From Vicugna vicugna (lineage: Eukaryota): a DNA stretch of 64,000 bases. Made by a program: the position numbers and the translations under genes. Location of the stretch: contig MU058781.1 in the NCBI GenBank assembly GCA_013265495.1, positions 8,041,009-8,105,008 of the forward strand. Direction: 5' to 3'. This document shows positions 23,515 to 36,035 of the stretch, piece after piece. Each line of letters begins with the position of its first letter. Position 1 is the first letter of the stretch. The notes beneath the pieces are model-generated. The model saw only the letters and a program-made list of their open reading frames with translations, was not told the origin of the DNA and made no database searches.

Positions 23515-23865
23515 TTCTTTTTTTTAAAAAAACTATATATTTTTATATATTGGCTATTTTATATACTGACCATTGAAGTATAGTCAGTTTATAATGTTGT
23601 GTCAGTTTCTGGCGTACAGCATAGTGCTTCAGTCACACATGAACATACACACATTCATTTTCATGTTCTTTTTCACCATAAGTTACTGCAAGACATTGAG
23701 TATAGTTCTCTGTGCTGTACAGTATGAACTTGTTGTTTTTCTATTTTATATATATTAGTTAGTATTTGCAAATCTCAAACTCCCAATTTATCCCTTTTCC
23801 ACCCCCTGTTCCCTCCCCCTGGTAACTGTAAGTGTGCTTCCCATGTCTGTGAATCTGTTTCTGAC
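23515..23865 (-). mobile_element. 5'-truncated lineage-specific L1 3' end (camelid/artiodactyl type)
   Basis: T-rich tail, then TTGAAGTATAGTCAGTTTATAATGTTGTGTCAGTTTCTGGCGTACAGCATAGTG...AAACTCCCAATTTATCCC...GGTAAC...GTCTGTGAATCTGTTTCTG. Confidence 0.85.
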
Positions 23866-26800
23866 TCACAGTTACCTTCATTTCAAACTCAGAGGGGGAG
23901 AAATCAATCAGTGAATCAGAATGGAAAGAAATGAGTAGAAGAGAAATGTAATTTTGAAGCTTTTGGGATATTGAATCATTCCAAACATCCCGATTCAAAA
24001 CATCCCGAAACTCTAGATGAATTCCCATGGACTGTTCAACAATAGACTGTTGCTTTAGCACAGTTACCTTTCTTTTCATGTAAAGCTTATCTTTTTATAA
24101 CAATGTAGCCTAAAAGAATCATGGAAGTATTCTTGGATGAAAGGCTCTGCAGAAGTGCAAAATATGAGCAGTTTTAATTTTTGCGTCAAAAACCAATCAT
24201 TTATATTTTATTCTGCGGTTGCTTTTAAAGCGCTATGCAGTAAAATTTCCCCCCTGGGGGTGTGTATATGTGTGTATATGCATGTATATGAATGTGTGTG
24301 TTTGTGTGTGTGTATTTTCAAGACTGACAAATACGTAATTTTTTTCCTTCTCCCTTTTTCAAAAGCATCTTGTAGCGTATACTGAGCCTGGAGGGTTTTC
24401 CTTTGCTTTCAGTTCTTTGCCGTTTTAACACAATTCTGATTCAACACAGTCTTTAGCCAAGACTCTTATTTTTACTGTTGTGTGTGTAGCTTATTTTCCC
24501 TGAACTCTGGTGTCAGGCTTTATTGATTAATTTCTCAAAATTTAAGCAAAATGCTAATTGTGGAGTTATTGTGTTCCTCCAGTCAGAATTCATCATACTG
24601 ACCTTTGGGTTAACGGAAAGTCCTCATTGGATATGACACTATGGAAATCCTCCTCTTTACCTTCCTTTCCAAGGAAGGCTTGCTCTTTGAATATTGCCAC
24701 AGATTTTCAAACACAGTGAAGTGTGGTAGCTTGGAGGGGACACAGATCCTCTTATTTCTGTAGGCGTAGACAGGTTATTTCCCATCTTCCTTAACTGGTT
24801 GTGGTGGGAGAAAGATGAGATGGCATAAATACAAAACCTGAACTTGACTCCAGAACAGCTAATCAAAAGCAAAAATTGACAACCTTCTCACTCATTTCAA
24901 ATAACACGATTTCTGTTATATATTTGACATTAACTAAAACAGAATAATGTTTCTTACGTATGGTAAAAACGTAAATAAAGGGGACGAATACGTCTTCGAA
25001 AATGTCTAGAAAGTCAGGAAGGAAAAGAATCACCCAGAGCAGTCTTCTTACTTTTAAATACTGGAGAATTTTTAAACGAGTGTTCTGTTCCCTTTTTTTC
25101 CTTGCAGCTTAGTTTTTATCTTTTCCTCTTCTTATTAATAAGGCCTGGCCCCTCGTTAACATGCAGCCAGAGCCTAATGAGCCTTGCAGACTCCTGTAAT
25201 TTCTTCACTGTCGAAAATGCCTGACACTAATCTATGCCATTTATACTAATAAGAGGTGGATCAGCTGATATTTGGTGCAATGAAAATATGCTAAATATAC
25301 TTTATTGAATTGCACATAGTTAGTTCTTCCCAGTTCACTGTATTACAGCAACAGATGCACAATCATTACTTCAGTGCTCTATGTGGGGCGAAATCTTTGC
25401 TATGAATAAATGAGAGAAGTAAGACATTTGATATGTTGGCTTCCTTTTTTAAAAATGTTGATACTATCGACTTTCAAACTCCTACCTCAGGAAAACCATC
25501 TTTTCTGTGATTTTCAAACCACAAATACAGTGCTTTCCATTAAAATGGCAATGAAATGAAGATCTGACCTAAAATACGACATTTTTATATTAAGTGGTCT
25601 TTAAGGAAAGCCAAATTCCAATGGATTTTTACATAGAGCTTATTAATCACTTCCATAAGGATTCCCAAGGAGCTCTTGGTGATTAGCAATTTCCTAATGA
25701 ATACTGAAGAGATTTTTTACCAATTTTAATATATGTTGAACATCGTGTTATTATTATATTAAGCAAAAGCAAATTTTTTTTCATTTTTGCATTACCAGTC
25801 TAATTTTTCTTTTTGATGACTCTGTTGTATATGGGTTTCTTTTCTTACTTGCCAAGAGACACATGGCTGAGGAGACTGACTGCAGGTGTTAGTAAATGTT
25901 TCCAACACTTGTGTCAATACCTGTGTATGGCTCAGACATCACAAACCAGAGAGTGCTTTTAAAAACCTTACTTAAAATCTACATATTTATTCAGAACAGT
26001 CAGCTATGACTACATCCTCTGAGATGTGCTGTAAATAAGGTGGAGGCTTAGGGGACCTGAGCTGAGCACTTGTACCTGTGGACCCCCAGTGTGTGATAGT
26101 TTAAGGTCCTCCAAAGGTGAGTTCAGCAGGGGAAGCTCAGTCTTTGGAGGGAAGTTGATTACAGCACTGAAATTTCTCAATAATTTTGCTCCTATTTGAT
26201 CAGAGATTTAGAAAGAGAATAGCAGAGTGAATTTTGAAGGCAGGGATGAAGTGAAAATGTCAAATATCTGGAAGTTCAGTTCCCCCATCCCACCCAGTTA
26301 CGTTTCCCCCAGCGGGCCTCATGTTTGACAGTAAGCCCAAACCACTCAGTGATGAAAAGAGAAGAATGTGATCTGCAGCGCTGCTTAAACGTATTTCACA
26401 TGCATTTGACTGTCTCTCATCTGTTAGCAAGCACTCTTGACTGTCTCCTGACCAATGTTTCCTTGGAACATGTTTTGTGTTTGGGCGGTATATCTGACAC
26501 TTATCTACCAGCATATTTTTCTGATTTCAAAATGTCCTTTGATTCATCCCCTGAGAGAATTATGGGTCCATTCTGTCTCTACCCCTTCCCCTGGACAGTT
26601 GTGCTATCTGTGCCTCCTAGAATCTCTCGCCTCTTAACCTTTGCCAGCACAGGTGCAGTAACTCCCCAAAGATTAACAGTCTGGTTGTAGGTGTGATTGA
26701 AATTAGCTTGGCTTCCCTTCAGAATCCAGCGCCCTAGCCTAGTAAATCACCTCCTATAATCTTGTGCACTTAGGCAAAGCAAACAAAATAATCTGCCAGG

Positions 26801-28161
26801 AAATACTAATGGGGCAGTGTCAACACAGACACCGTTTGTATTAACTGTCCCATTATTATTACCGTGCTCCTTAAATCCAATCAAACTTCACTTCCTACTC
26901 TGCAGGGGTTGGATGTTAATTAGAAAGGCTGTGTGTTTGGATGTACCTACGTGTACACACACATGCCCCTTCACCCACCCAAATACCCCTCATGCGTGCA
27001 TGTGTGTGCCCATGCAAACACAGGTTCCATTACTAATTAATTTAAATTGCAAGTGCTACCCCATGTTTCTGGTTTGCTGTTCCAACTCATGAAAGCATAC
27101 ATTCTGCATGCATGTCTTCTGCCCTGCATCTCGACATTTTCCAACAGATGTTAGCTAATGTGGTTGTAGAAGGTTCACAGTGGATGCTGCAAGTCCAATA
27201 AATCTTCCTCTTAAAGGCAGGCTCTCCACCATCCCAGCGTCTTATACCTATAATACATTTTAATTACTTGGCTATTCAGATGATACTAAATTAGATTTGC
27301 ACAGAACAGCACCGCAGATTTCTCAATTTACATTTAATCCACCACAAACAGCAAAAAAAAAAAGCAGCAAGTGCACTTTTATTAGAACTTGCAGGAGCCA
27401 CTGAAGTCGGATACCTTTAAAATTATTAAGTGACAAAGATTGCTAGCACTATGGTTCTACTTGGCTTCCCCATTAGCCATTTAGGTGACAGCTGCTGTAT
27501 TACACATAAAGACGAACCGTTCCTTGAGGGATGATAGTGGTTCCGCCGTGACACTGCTGGCGTAAAGCATTATCAGACCATGGCTGCGCTTGGAGCCATC
27601 ACAGTCTCCTAGGCACCTATCAGTACCCTCATTATCTGCATCACGGAGTGCCGAGAACGAACACTGCCAGGCCTCACAGCTTCGCAGCTCATTTGAGGAG
27701 CGGAAATTAAATGTCCCAGGGGAGAAAACAGGCACACGGTAACAGCACCAGCGCTCTACACCAATAACATGTCGGCCGCTGTAGCAGGACTTCTATCTCA
27801 TTAATTTAATAGGCTCCTGGAATGAGGATGGGAAGGGACAGAGGCAGGCTTGACGAGGAGATTACGGAGTGACGCTGGCATCGTGTGTCTTGCGAGCTCC
27901 TAACAGAACAAGGACTCACTGCAGGTATTGCAGCTCTTCAGATATTTGTTGGGGCTTTTAGGAGCACTAAACAGCATAAAGCAATGAACGGCAGGAGAGA
28001 GAGAGAAAGGGAGAGGGGTCATTGAACAGGGGCAAAATTAGCTGATCGTAAACATGGTCTATGTTTATATCATGCAGCATTTCTACGTGAGGTGAAGGGA
28101 GCTTTAGAAGGCTGTAGGTAAAATAAAGGTGCTCTTTCTGCACAGCAAAATAATCCCTAAT

Positions 28162-28196
28162 TGTGTGTGTGTGTGTGTGTGTGTTGAGTGTGTGTG
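28162..28196 (+). repeat. (TG)n microsatellite
   Basis: Direct reading. Confidence 0.95.
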
Positions 28197-28879
28197 ATTG
28201 AGAAGCCTATTTAACACAAGCCCTTGCCCTGCTGAAAATGGCTTTTCAGAGCACTATTTCTGTAAAATTTGTAAATGATTTTGCTGCAAAAATATCAACT
28301 CCTTTATGATCAGAGTGGCACCAAGCAAAACAAAGCTAAGAACCAGGGGATTATCCAGATAAGCCAGACTAAAAAAAACCTTCTTTTAAGAAAAATGTGA
28401 TGCCTGAAGTCTCCAGGTAATAAAAGCACTAGTGTTTTTTCATCTCAAATAATCTGATCAAGGCCTCAGTTCTTAGCTGGGTAGGCCTACCTGTTTGGAT
28501 CCCTACAAGCTCAGAGGGATTCAAGACAGTCAAACGATGAGGTTGTCAGTGTTTCTGTACTCTGAATTTTTACTTTAAGTGACTATTCTCCATCGTTGCC
28601 ATTTGTTTAAAGGCCTCAGGAGAAACGATGATGGAGAAATCCAGTCCTCTGCATGTTTGACATTGCTGACAAAGGCTCTTCCAGGCCTCGGTTTCTCTAT
28701 TAGTCAAATGCGGCTTCATAACCTGTGTGGTTATGCAGAATTGTCAGTGGTATGTCAGAGACCCTGCTGAACCTCTGATCACTGTGGTCTTTGTCTTCAT
28801 ACCCTGGTCTGGCAGGATTGTGGGGTAGACGAAAGATAGCTTGCCATTTCCAGGATCAGAGGAAAAGGTTTTGTGTCTC

Positions 28880-29045
28880 AGCACAATGTTTGCTTGCTGT
28901 GTGTCTTTAGCAAGTCACTTTACCCCTCTGAACTTGAATTTCTTTGTCAGTAAAAAGAAAGAGAAAACGTCTAGTTCTTAGAGTAGTTTTGAGCATTAAG
29001 ATAATGTAAATGAAAGTCATTGGTATGGTATGCTAGTGCTCAAAG
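28880..29045 (+). mobile_element. MIR SINE
   Basis: TTGCTGTGTGTCTTTAGCAAGTCACTTTACCCCTCTGAACTTGAATTTCTTTGTCAGTAAAA. Confidence 0.7.
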
Positions 29046-29475
29046 TTGTTTGGATGGAATTAGACCCTATATTACTGATTTATGCTTCTCTGTGTTCTAA
29101 AATGGATTTGTGAAAATACTCACTACAAGGGAGCAAACTCAGGAGGGGGAGCTTTTTAAAAGGGAGAAAAACGAAGAAAAGAAGGGGTGACACGAGGAGA
29201 GAGGTCTCCCTCTGTCACATATCAGGCTCCCAGAATCTGTTGCTCTCAGCACAGCTGTTTTCAAGCTACCTGGGTCACAGACTGTGTTGGAGATCTGAAG
29301 AAAGTTGAGGACCTCCCCGTTAAGAAAAAAGTTTTTTTACTGGTGCTTACAGTTTCAGAGTCACAGGTTTCCTGAAACCCAGCCATGGGCCTTAAGTCAA
29401 AAACACTTATTCCAGAGAATGGATATATTGTAAGACATTATGTGGTATCAGAAAAGAAATCACTCATTCTTCCTT

Positions 29476-29478
<3 letters not shown>

Positions 29479-29510
<32 letters not shown>
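29479..29510 (+). repeat. (AC)n microsatellite
   Basis: Direct reading. Confidence 0.95.
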
Positions 29511-29512
<2 letters not shown>

Positions 29513-30511
29513 GCACTCACACAGGATAATCCCAGCCCTCTTATGTGAGGATACAGGTGATTGAGAATCACAAGCATTCTCCTTTCTCTTCCCTATCTTG
29601 TTCAATACTGCTTCCCTCTTCTACATTTAGGACAAGGATATACCTGGATGTTGAGCTTCTGAAGGCTTGAGGCCAGTCCTGCACTGGAATGTTGGGAGCA
29701 GAGGCCAGGAGCTGAGATAGCTCCTTATCAATCACCCTTTAACTTCGGGGCCAGTGAGCAGTAGCAGAAACAGTAGAGGTGTTTACCTCTGATCAGAGTG
29801 TCCCTGCCCTTGGCAAGGAGTGGGATCTTGGCCAGCTGGGGACTGGCCCCATCCAGTCACTGGGCTCTGGTTTATCCTTCTCAGTCTCTACGTGGATCAG
29901 TTGCCTAGGATCCCAATTCTTTCAGGAGGGCCCCTGTCAGGTCCTTTTTTCCGTAGGGGGATAGATTCCTGACCTCAGTTCAGGCTGGAGAAATGAGGCT
30001 GGGACTTCTGCCCATCTCCAGTTGCCAGCCTCCCTGCACTCCCACCTGTCTCTCTGGACTCCTCTCCTCCATGTTGCTGCCACCTGCCCGGGTGGCCCGT
30101 GCGACCTGGTGCCTGAGGGCACCATAGGTACTGGCAGTCCTTGGTCTGACAGGCTCTGCACATAATAAATACTAAGTAATTATCTCTTGAATACATAATG
30201 TGACAATATATAAAGAAAAAGGACAGAGAACGAGAAGAAGAAAGGAATAAAAGGCAAATAGAGGTTGGTAGGAGATGGGGTGGGTGGAGGTGTGTCCTTG
30301 CAGTTATTACCTGCTAAGAATTAGGGTAAATTGGAAATTCTTCCCCAAATCTCAAAACGTTGTGTGACTTTTCCGTTCTCTACTTCAAAGACAGATCGCC
30401 TAGATACTGATGGAAATGAAAGAAAACAGGAGAGAAACACTTTTCCTACCACTTCATTGACATTACCAGGTAATTTGATATCTTCCAGAAGAATGGATGC
30501 TGGAGATCACT

Positions 30512-32715
30512 TCCCTTGTAACTTGTTGCTTTTCCCTTGCTGCTTTTAATATTTTTTCTTTCTTTTTGATTTTTGCCATTTTAATTACAGAGTATTTTGG
30601 TGTGGTGCTCTTTGGGTTTATCCTATTTGGAATTCTCTGTGGCTCCCAGTCTTGGATGTCTGTTTTTTCCCTAGGTTAGGGAAGTTTTCAGCTATTATGT
30701 CTTCAAACATGTTCTCTGCCCCTTTCTCTCTCTCTTCTCAATCTGTGACCCCTCTAAAGCAAGTGTTAGTACACTTGATGTTTCTTAATCTGTCTTCATT
30801 TAAAATTTCTTATCCTTTTTTTCTTCAGCTTGAGTGATTTCCACTACTGTCTTCCAGTTCACTGACCCATTTTTCTGTGTCATCTAATGTACTGTTGATG
30901 CATTCTAGTATACTTTTAAATTTGTTATTGTACACTTCAGCTCTGTTTAGTCCTCCTTTATATTTCCTGACCCTTTGTTGATCTTCTCACTGTGCTCATC
31001 CACTCTTCTCCCGATTTCTTTGAGCATCTTTATTATTGTTACCTTGAAATGTTTATCTGGTAGATTGCTTACCCCCTCTTCACTTAGTTCTTCTCTTAGG
31101 GTTTATTTTGTTTCTTTATTTGCAGCATATTCCTCTGTCACCTCATTTGCCTAGCTTGCTGTTTTTATTTCTCTGTATTTGGTAGGTTTGTCACATTTCC
31201 TGACCTTGGAGAAGTGGCCTTATTTAGGAGATGTCTTATGGCGCCCACTAGCACACTCCTTTCTGGTCACCAGAGCTATGTGCTTTAGGGGTGCCCTCTA
31301 CGTGGGCTGCCTGGGTTCTTCTGCTGTGGCAGGCTGACTACTATGGATGTGCTCCTAAGTGCGGCTGGTCCCTAGTCTGGTTGACTACCAGACCCCTCCT
31401 TGTGCAGAGGCTGCTGTCTGTTGGTGGGCTGGGCCAGGTCTTAATTAGTTGCATGACCTGGGGAGTCCCAGTCCTGGTGCCAGCCTACTGGGGGCTGGGG
31501 GTGCAGATCATGAGGCAGCTGGCTGCAGAGCCCTGGGGCATCCAGATCTAATATGGCCCACTTGTCAGGACCAGCAGAGTCAGGTCCCAGGGTGGCTAGC
31601 TGCGGGGCTAGGTGTCCCAGAGCTGATGTCAGTCCACTGGTCACTGGGATAAGGGCCCAGGGCCCACAGGCTTCTGGGGCCAGTGACAACCCACTGTTGG
31701 GCAAAGCTGGGTCACAGGGTCTCTTGTTGGAGGGTCTTGGTGTTCCCAGAGCTCGTGTCTGCCTGCTGATAGGCAGGCACAGTTGCCCAGGAGGTCCTGA
31801 GGCTAGTGCCAGCCCTCTGGTGGGTGGAGCCAGGTCCTGAGTCTCTGGTTGTGGGGACCTAGGATACTGGATCTGGTGTTAGCCTACCGGTTGGTGGGGC
31901 AAGGTCCTGGGACCTCTGGTGGAAAGAATTGGACCCCAGTGTGGCTAGCATGTCAGGGGTTTCTACCAGCCTGCCTGATGGTAGGCGGGTCTATGTCCTC
32001 ACTCAGCTAACAGCTTGGCTCGAGGTATCCCAGTACTGGTGCCAACCAGTTGGTGGGCAGGGCCAGGTCCTTGAGCTAATAAGCTAGAGGGAGGGCCCCA
32101 AAAGGGCACTTGCCAGCCCCAGTGTCCTCATGGCAGCATGAGCTCCCCAGAATGACTGCTGCCCTTGTCTGTGTCCTCAGGGTGAGGCCCCGTTTCCTCC
32201 TGCCCTTCCAGGAGGCTCTCCAATAACAGCAAGTGGGTTTGATCCAGGTTTCTTTCAGATTTCTTCTTCTGCCCTGGGTCTAGGAGCATGTGAGATTTTG
32301 TATGTGCCCTTTGAAAATGGAGTCTCTATTTCCTATAGCTCTCTGGCTCTCCTGGAAGTAAGCCCCACTGTCCTTCAAAGCCAAACATTCTGGGGCTCAT
32401 TTTCCAAGTACAGGACCCCCAGGCTGGGGAGCCTGATATGGGGCTCAGACCCCTTGCTCCTTAGGGAGAATTCTGTAGTTACATTTGTCCTCCTGTTTGT
32501 GGGTTGCCTACCTGGGGATGTGGGTCTTGACTATACCTCATCCCAGCCCCTCCAACCTGTCTCGTTGTGGTTCCTTCTTTATACTTTTAGTTGTAGGAGA
32601 TGGTTTCTACTAGTCCTCTGGTTGTTCTCGTTGTCAGTTGCTCTGGAAATCGTTGTCATTGTGGTGTGCCCGCGGTAGGAGGTGAGCTCAGGGCAGCTAG
32701 TTTGGCCACCTATCC
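30512..32715 (-). mobile_element. L1 5' portion: GC-rich 5'UTR (approx. 31200-32715) plus most of ORF1, 3' part missing
   Basis: Minus strand near 30512-30555 encodes ILKAAREKQQVT (ORF1). Recurrent monomer-like motif GCCAGCCC.CTGGTGGGTGGAGCCAGGTCC. GGAGGTGAGCTCAGGG is typical of an L1 5' terminus. Confidence 0.85.
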
Positions 32716-32719
32716 CTTC

Positions 32720-34700
32720 AAATTGTTTTTAATTTCAATTTCATATTTTTCATTGCTAGTATAGATATATGATTGATTTTTTTAAATTGAGGTGTAGTCA
32801 ATTTACAATGTGTCAATTTCTGGTGTACAACATAGTGTTTCAATCATATATATACATACATATATTTATTTTCATATTCCTTTTCATTATGGGTTACTGC
32901 AAGATAGTGAACATAGTTCCGTGTGTTATACAGAAGGAGCTTGTTTATCATGGTTGATTTTTGTACATTGATCTTATTTCCTACAACCTTGTTAAATTTC
33001 CTTGTCAATTCTTAGTAACATTTTCTTGGGTCCTATCATATTTCCTGTTTGGACAATCACATCAGCTATGAATAAGACAGTTTTACTTCTTCCTTCCCAA
33101 TGTAGATGATTTCATTTCTCTTCTTGCCTATTTCCTTAGATAAAATTAGAAAGCATTCTATTCTGCAGTGTTGAATGTAGGTGCTAACGCAGGCATCCTT
33201 TGTCCTGGTCCTAACGTTAGAGGAAAAGCATTCATCTTTCACCATCAAGTATACTAGCCATAAGATTTTTGTAGATGTCCTTTATCAGGTTGAGAAAGTT
33301 AACTTCTATTTCTGGTCTATTGGGAATGACGATTGGATTTGGTAAATTGCTTTTTCTATGTCTTTTGAGGAGACACTATGGTTTGTCTTTTTCTGTGTGT
33401 TGATACCGTGAACTACATTGAGTTTTGAATGTCAGTCTGCCCCTGCATTCGTGGGATAAACCCTGTTTTATCATGGAGCTTCTTATATATTGTTGGACTC
33501 AGTTTTCAAAAATATTGTCTAGAATTTTTTGCATCTATATTTATGAATGATATTGACCTGTTTTGTTTTTCCCCTTGTATGTCTGTCTGATTTTGATACC
33601 AGGTAGTAATGGCCTTGTAGAGTGAGTTGAAAAGTAGTCGCTTCTCAACTGTCTGTAATACTTTTGTGGAATTGGTGGTAGTTCTTCCTTAAATATTTGG
33701 TACATTCACCAGTGAAGTCATAGGGACTTGAATTTCATTGAAAGTTGGTTTTTAACTACAATTTCTATTTATTTAATAGATAAAGTGCTAGTCAAGTTAT
33801 CTATTTTTTTCCTTGAATGAACTTTGGTAGTTCGTATCATTCAAAATCTATTTGTTTTACCTAAATTGTTGAATTTATTGGCATAAGTTCATAATATTTC
33901 TTTATTATACTTTTAATATTTGTAGATTCTGTATGGATGACAACTGTCTCATTGCTGTTACTGACAGTTTGTGTCATTACTCTTTTTCCCCCCAATAAAT
34001 CTGGATAGAGCTTTCTCAATTTTTAAAATTGATTTAAAGATCTAGTTTGGGGGTTAGTTAATTTTTCCTATATTTCTCTGTTTTCCATTACTTTATTTCT
34101 GCTTTGATCTTTGTTACTTCCTTTCTTCTACCTTGAGTTTCATGTGCTCTTCTCTTTCTACTTTTTAAAGATAGAAGCTGAGGTCATTCATTTGAGATCT
34201 TTCTTCATTTTCTAACACAGGCATTTAGTGCTATAAATTTCCACTTAAATGTGGCTTTAGTGGCATCTCACAAAATTTGGTATGTTGTATATTTGCTTTA
34301 TTCAGTTCAAAATGCTTTCTTCTTTTCCTTTTGATTTCTCCTGTTAGCCATTAGATTATTTAGAGATATGTTACTTAATTCCCAAATATTTGGGGAACTT
34401 CCTAGAACTCTTTCTGTTAATGATTTCTGACTTAATTCCATTGCAATTAGAAAATACACATAGTATGACTTGAATTCTTTTACATTTATTGAGATTTGAC
34501 TTACAGCCCAGAATATAATCCATTATGGTCAGTGTTCCATGTGTGCTTGAAAGGAATGTTTATTCTGCTCTTGTTGAGAAGAATTCTCTATAAATGTCAA
34601 TTAGATCAAGATGGTTGATAGTGTTGTTCAAATCTTTAATATCTTTATTGATTTTCAGTATGATTATTTTGTCAGTTATTGAGAGACTATTTTGAAATAA
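32720..34700 (-). mobile_element. Older L1 (L1M-type) ORF2 fragment, endonuclease to RT region
   Basis: ORF-track peptides INKDIKDLNNTINHLDLIDIYR (endonuclease) and IGKEEVKLS (RT). Heavily decayed. Confidence 0.9.
32782..32949 (-). mobile_element. Short young L1 3' end nested in the older L1, with 13-bp TSD
   Basis: Same family as 23515-23865. Flanked by ATGATTGATTTTT (32769-32781) and ATGGTTGATTTTT (32950-32962). Confidence 0.8.
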
Positions 34701-35947
34701 ATCCATCCAAAGACATTTAGAGGCAAATTGAGCAACAAAATTAGAGAAGAGGACCACATAATTAAAATTTTAAAGAAAGAATTTTGGGGGTGGGACATCA
34801 GTTAACACAAAAGAATTAATCGCTAGGTATAGAATTGAAGGCATGGGAGGAGATCACAGCTGAGCCTGAAGCACACTCTGTGAGGTTACCAACTTCTCTA
34901 CTTCTACATAAAGATTGGACTCTTCTTATAGTGCTAGTGATGAATTTTCTAATGAAACAAACTGAGAATATACTAACCAACTTGAAAAAAGAAGAATTCA
35001 TCCAGTACTGACAGTCTTGAGGGACACGCTTAGCTGCAGTCCCAAGCAGCAATACTGCAGTGTCATTAACCTTATTCCTCTCACTCTGCAAAAGGTCATT
35101 TTATTCTTGAATTGTGCATCCACACACTCACGCAGATAAGAAACCATTAACAAAGCACAAGTGTTGGCGGCCCCACCAACTCTATCTAACCCAGTTAGCA
35201 CATTTTCTAACATTCTGCCGTGAAGTCATTGGCAGTGTCGGTGTTCAAAAACTGCATGGCTCAGATGTTTCTAAACCCTTTTAATCCATGACAAAGGCCT
35301 CCCTTTATTGTTGTTTTGTTTTCCTTTGCTGCCCTACAGCATGGCAACCAGTGTGAGCTCCTGATAAGCAGTGAGCCATGCAGATGCGGTTTAGTTTCCT
35401 TGTGCACACCACCGTGCAACCTGCCAAGGTCCAAATGTGGGATGCAGCAGGGCTTCCCCTCCCCCTACCCAACCGGTGCCGGTGGCACCCTACACAATGG
35501 TTAGCAGGCCAGATAGCTTCAGAAGAACACAAAATTAATTTGTGTGTGTCACAAATGACATATACCACTGCCTGATTTGGAGGATGTAATATAGCTAATG
35601 TAAATGCTTTTATTCTAATCCAAGTGAGATAGCAGCAACCTTCAAACTCAGAGCAAAAAGGGAAAGAAACTGCTAGTACATTAATGCATTTTTTGGAAAG
35701 GTTTTTTACTCTTTCTCTTCTTGGGTTTGCACAGCAGCGATAAAGAGAGGACCATACTGGTTCAGGATACAATGCTTATATTTGCTATTGTTGACAGAAG
35801 AGGCTTCTGTGTGTCTAGGGGAGTGCGACCAAGGAAACGAGACTCTATGAGTGGTGGCAGCCTGAATAAACTGGGCTGGAAAAGAAACGTGTGAAGGAAT
35901 TGACCATCAGTTGACTATGTGGCCTGAAATGACTATCTCTAAGTTTA

Positions 35948-36035
35948 TTAGCATCACGTTCCAACCAACTGAGCTAACTGGCCCGCAGGAGTGGCCCATA
36001 CGGGGATTGAACCCGCAACCTTGGCGTTATTAGTA
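35948..36035 (-). pseudogene. Circularly permuted tRNA-Ile(AAT) retropseudogene with 16-bp TSD
   Basis: Minus strand: TACTAATAACGCCAAGGTTGCGGGTTCAATCCCCGTATGGGCCA-CTCCTGCG-GGCCAGTTAGCTCAGTTGGTTGGAACGTGATGCTAA(TAA). TSD ACTATCTCTAAGTTTA at 35932-35947 and 36036-36051. Confidence 0.9.

Noticed and set aside
23983..24008. Direct repeat AAACATCCCGA x2
   Set aside because: Small local duplication with no array or spacer structure.
31291..32678. Cluster of plus-strand ORFs
   Set aside because: Antisense readings of an L1 5'UTR.
35948..36035. Functional tRNA-Ile gene (as in permuted algal tRNA genes)
   Set aside because: The B box precedes the A box, the anticodon-arm halves are incomplete at the termini, CpG-decay mutations are present, and TSDs indicate a retroposed dead copy.
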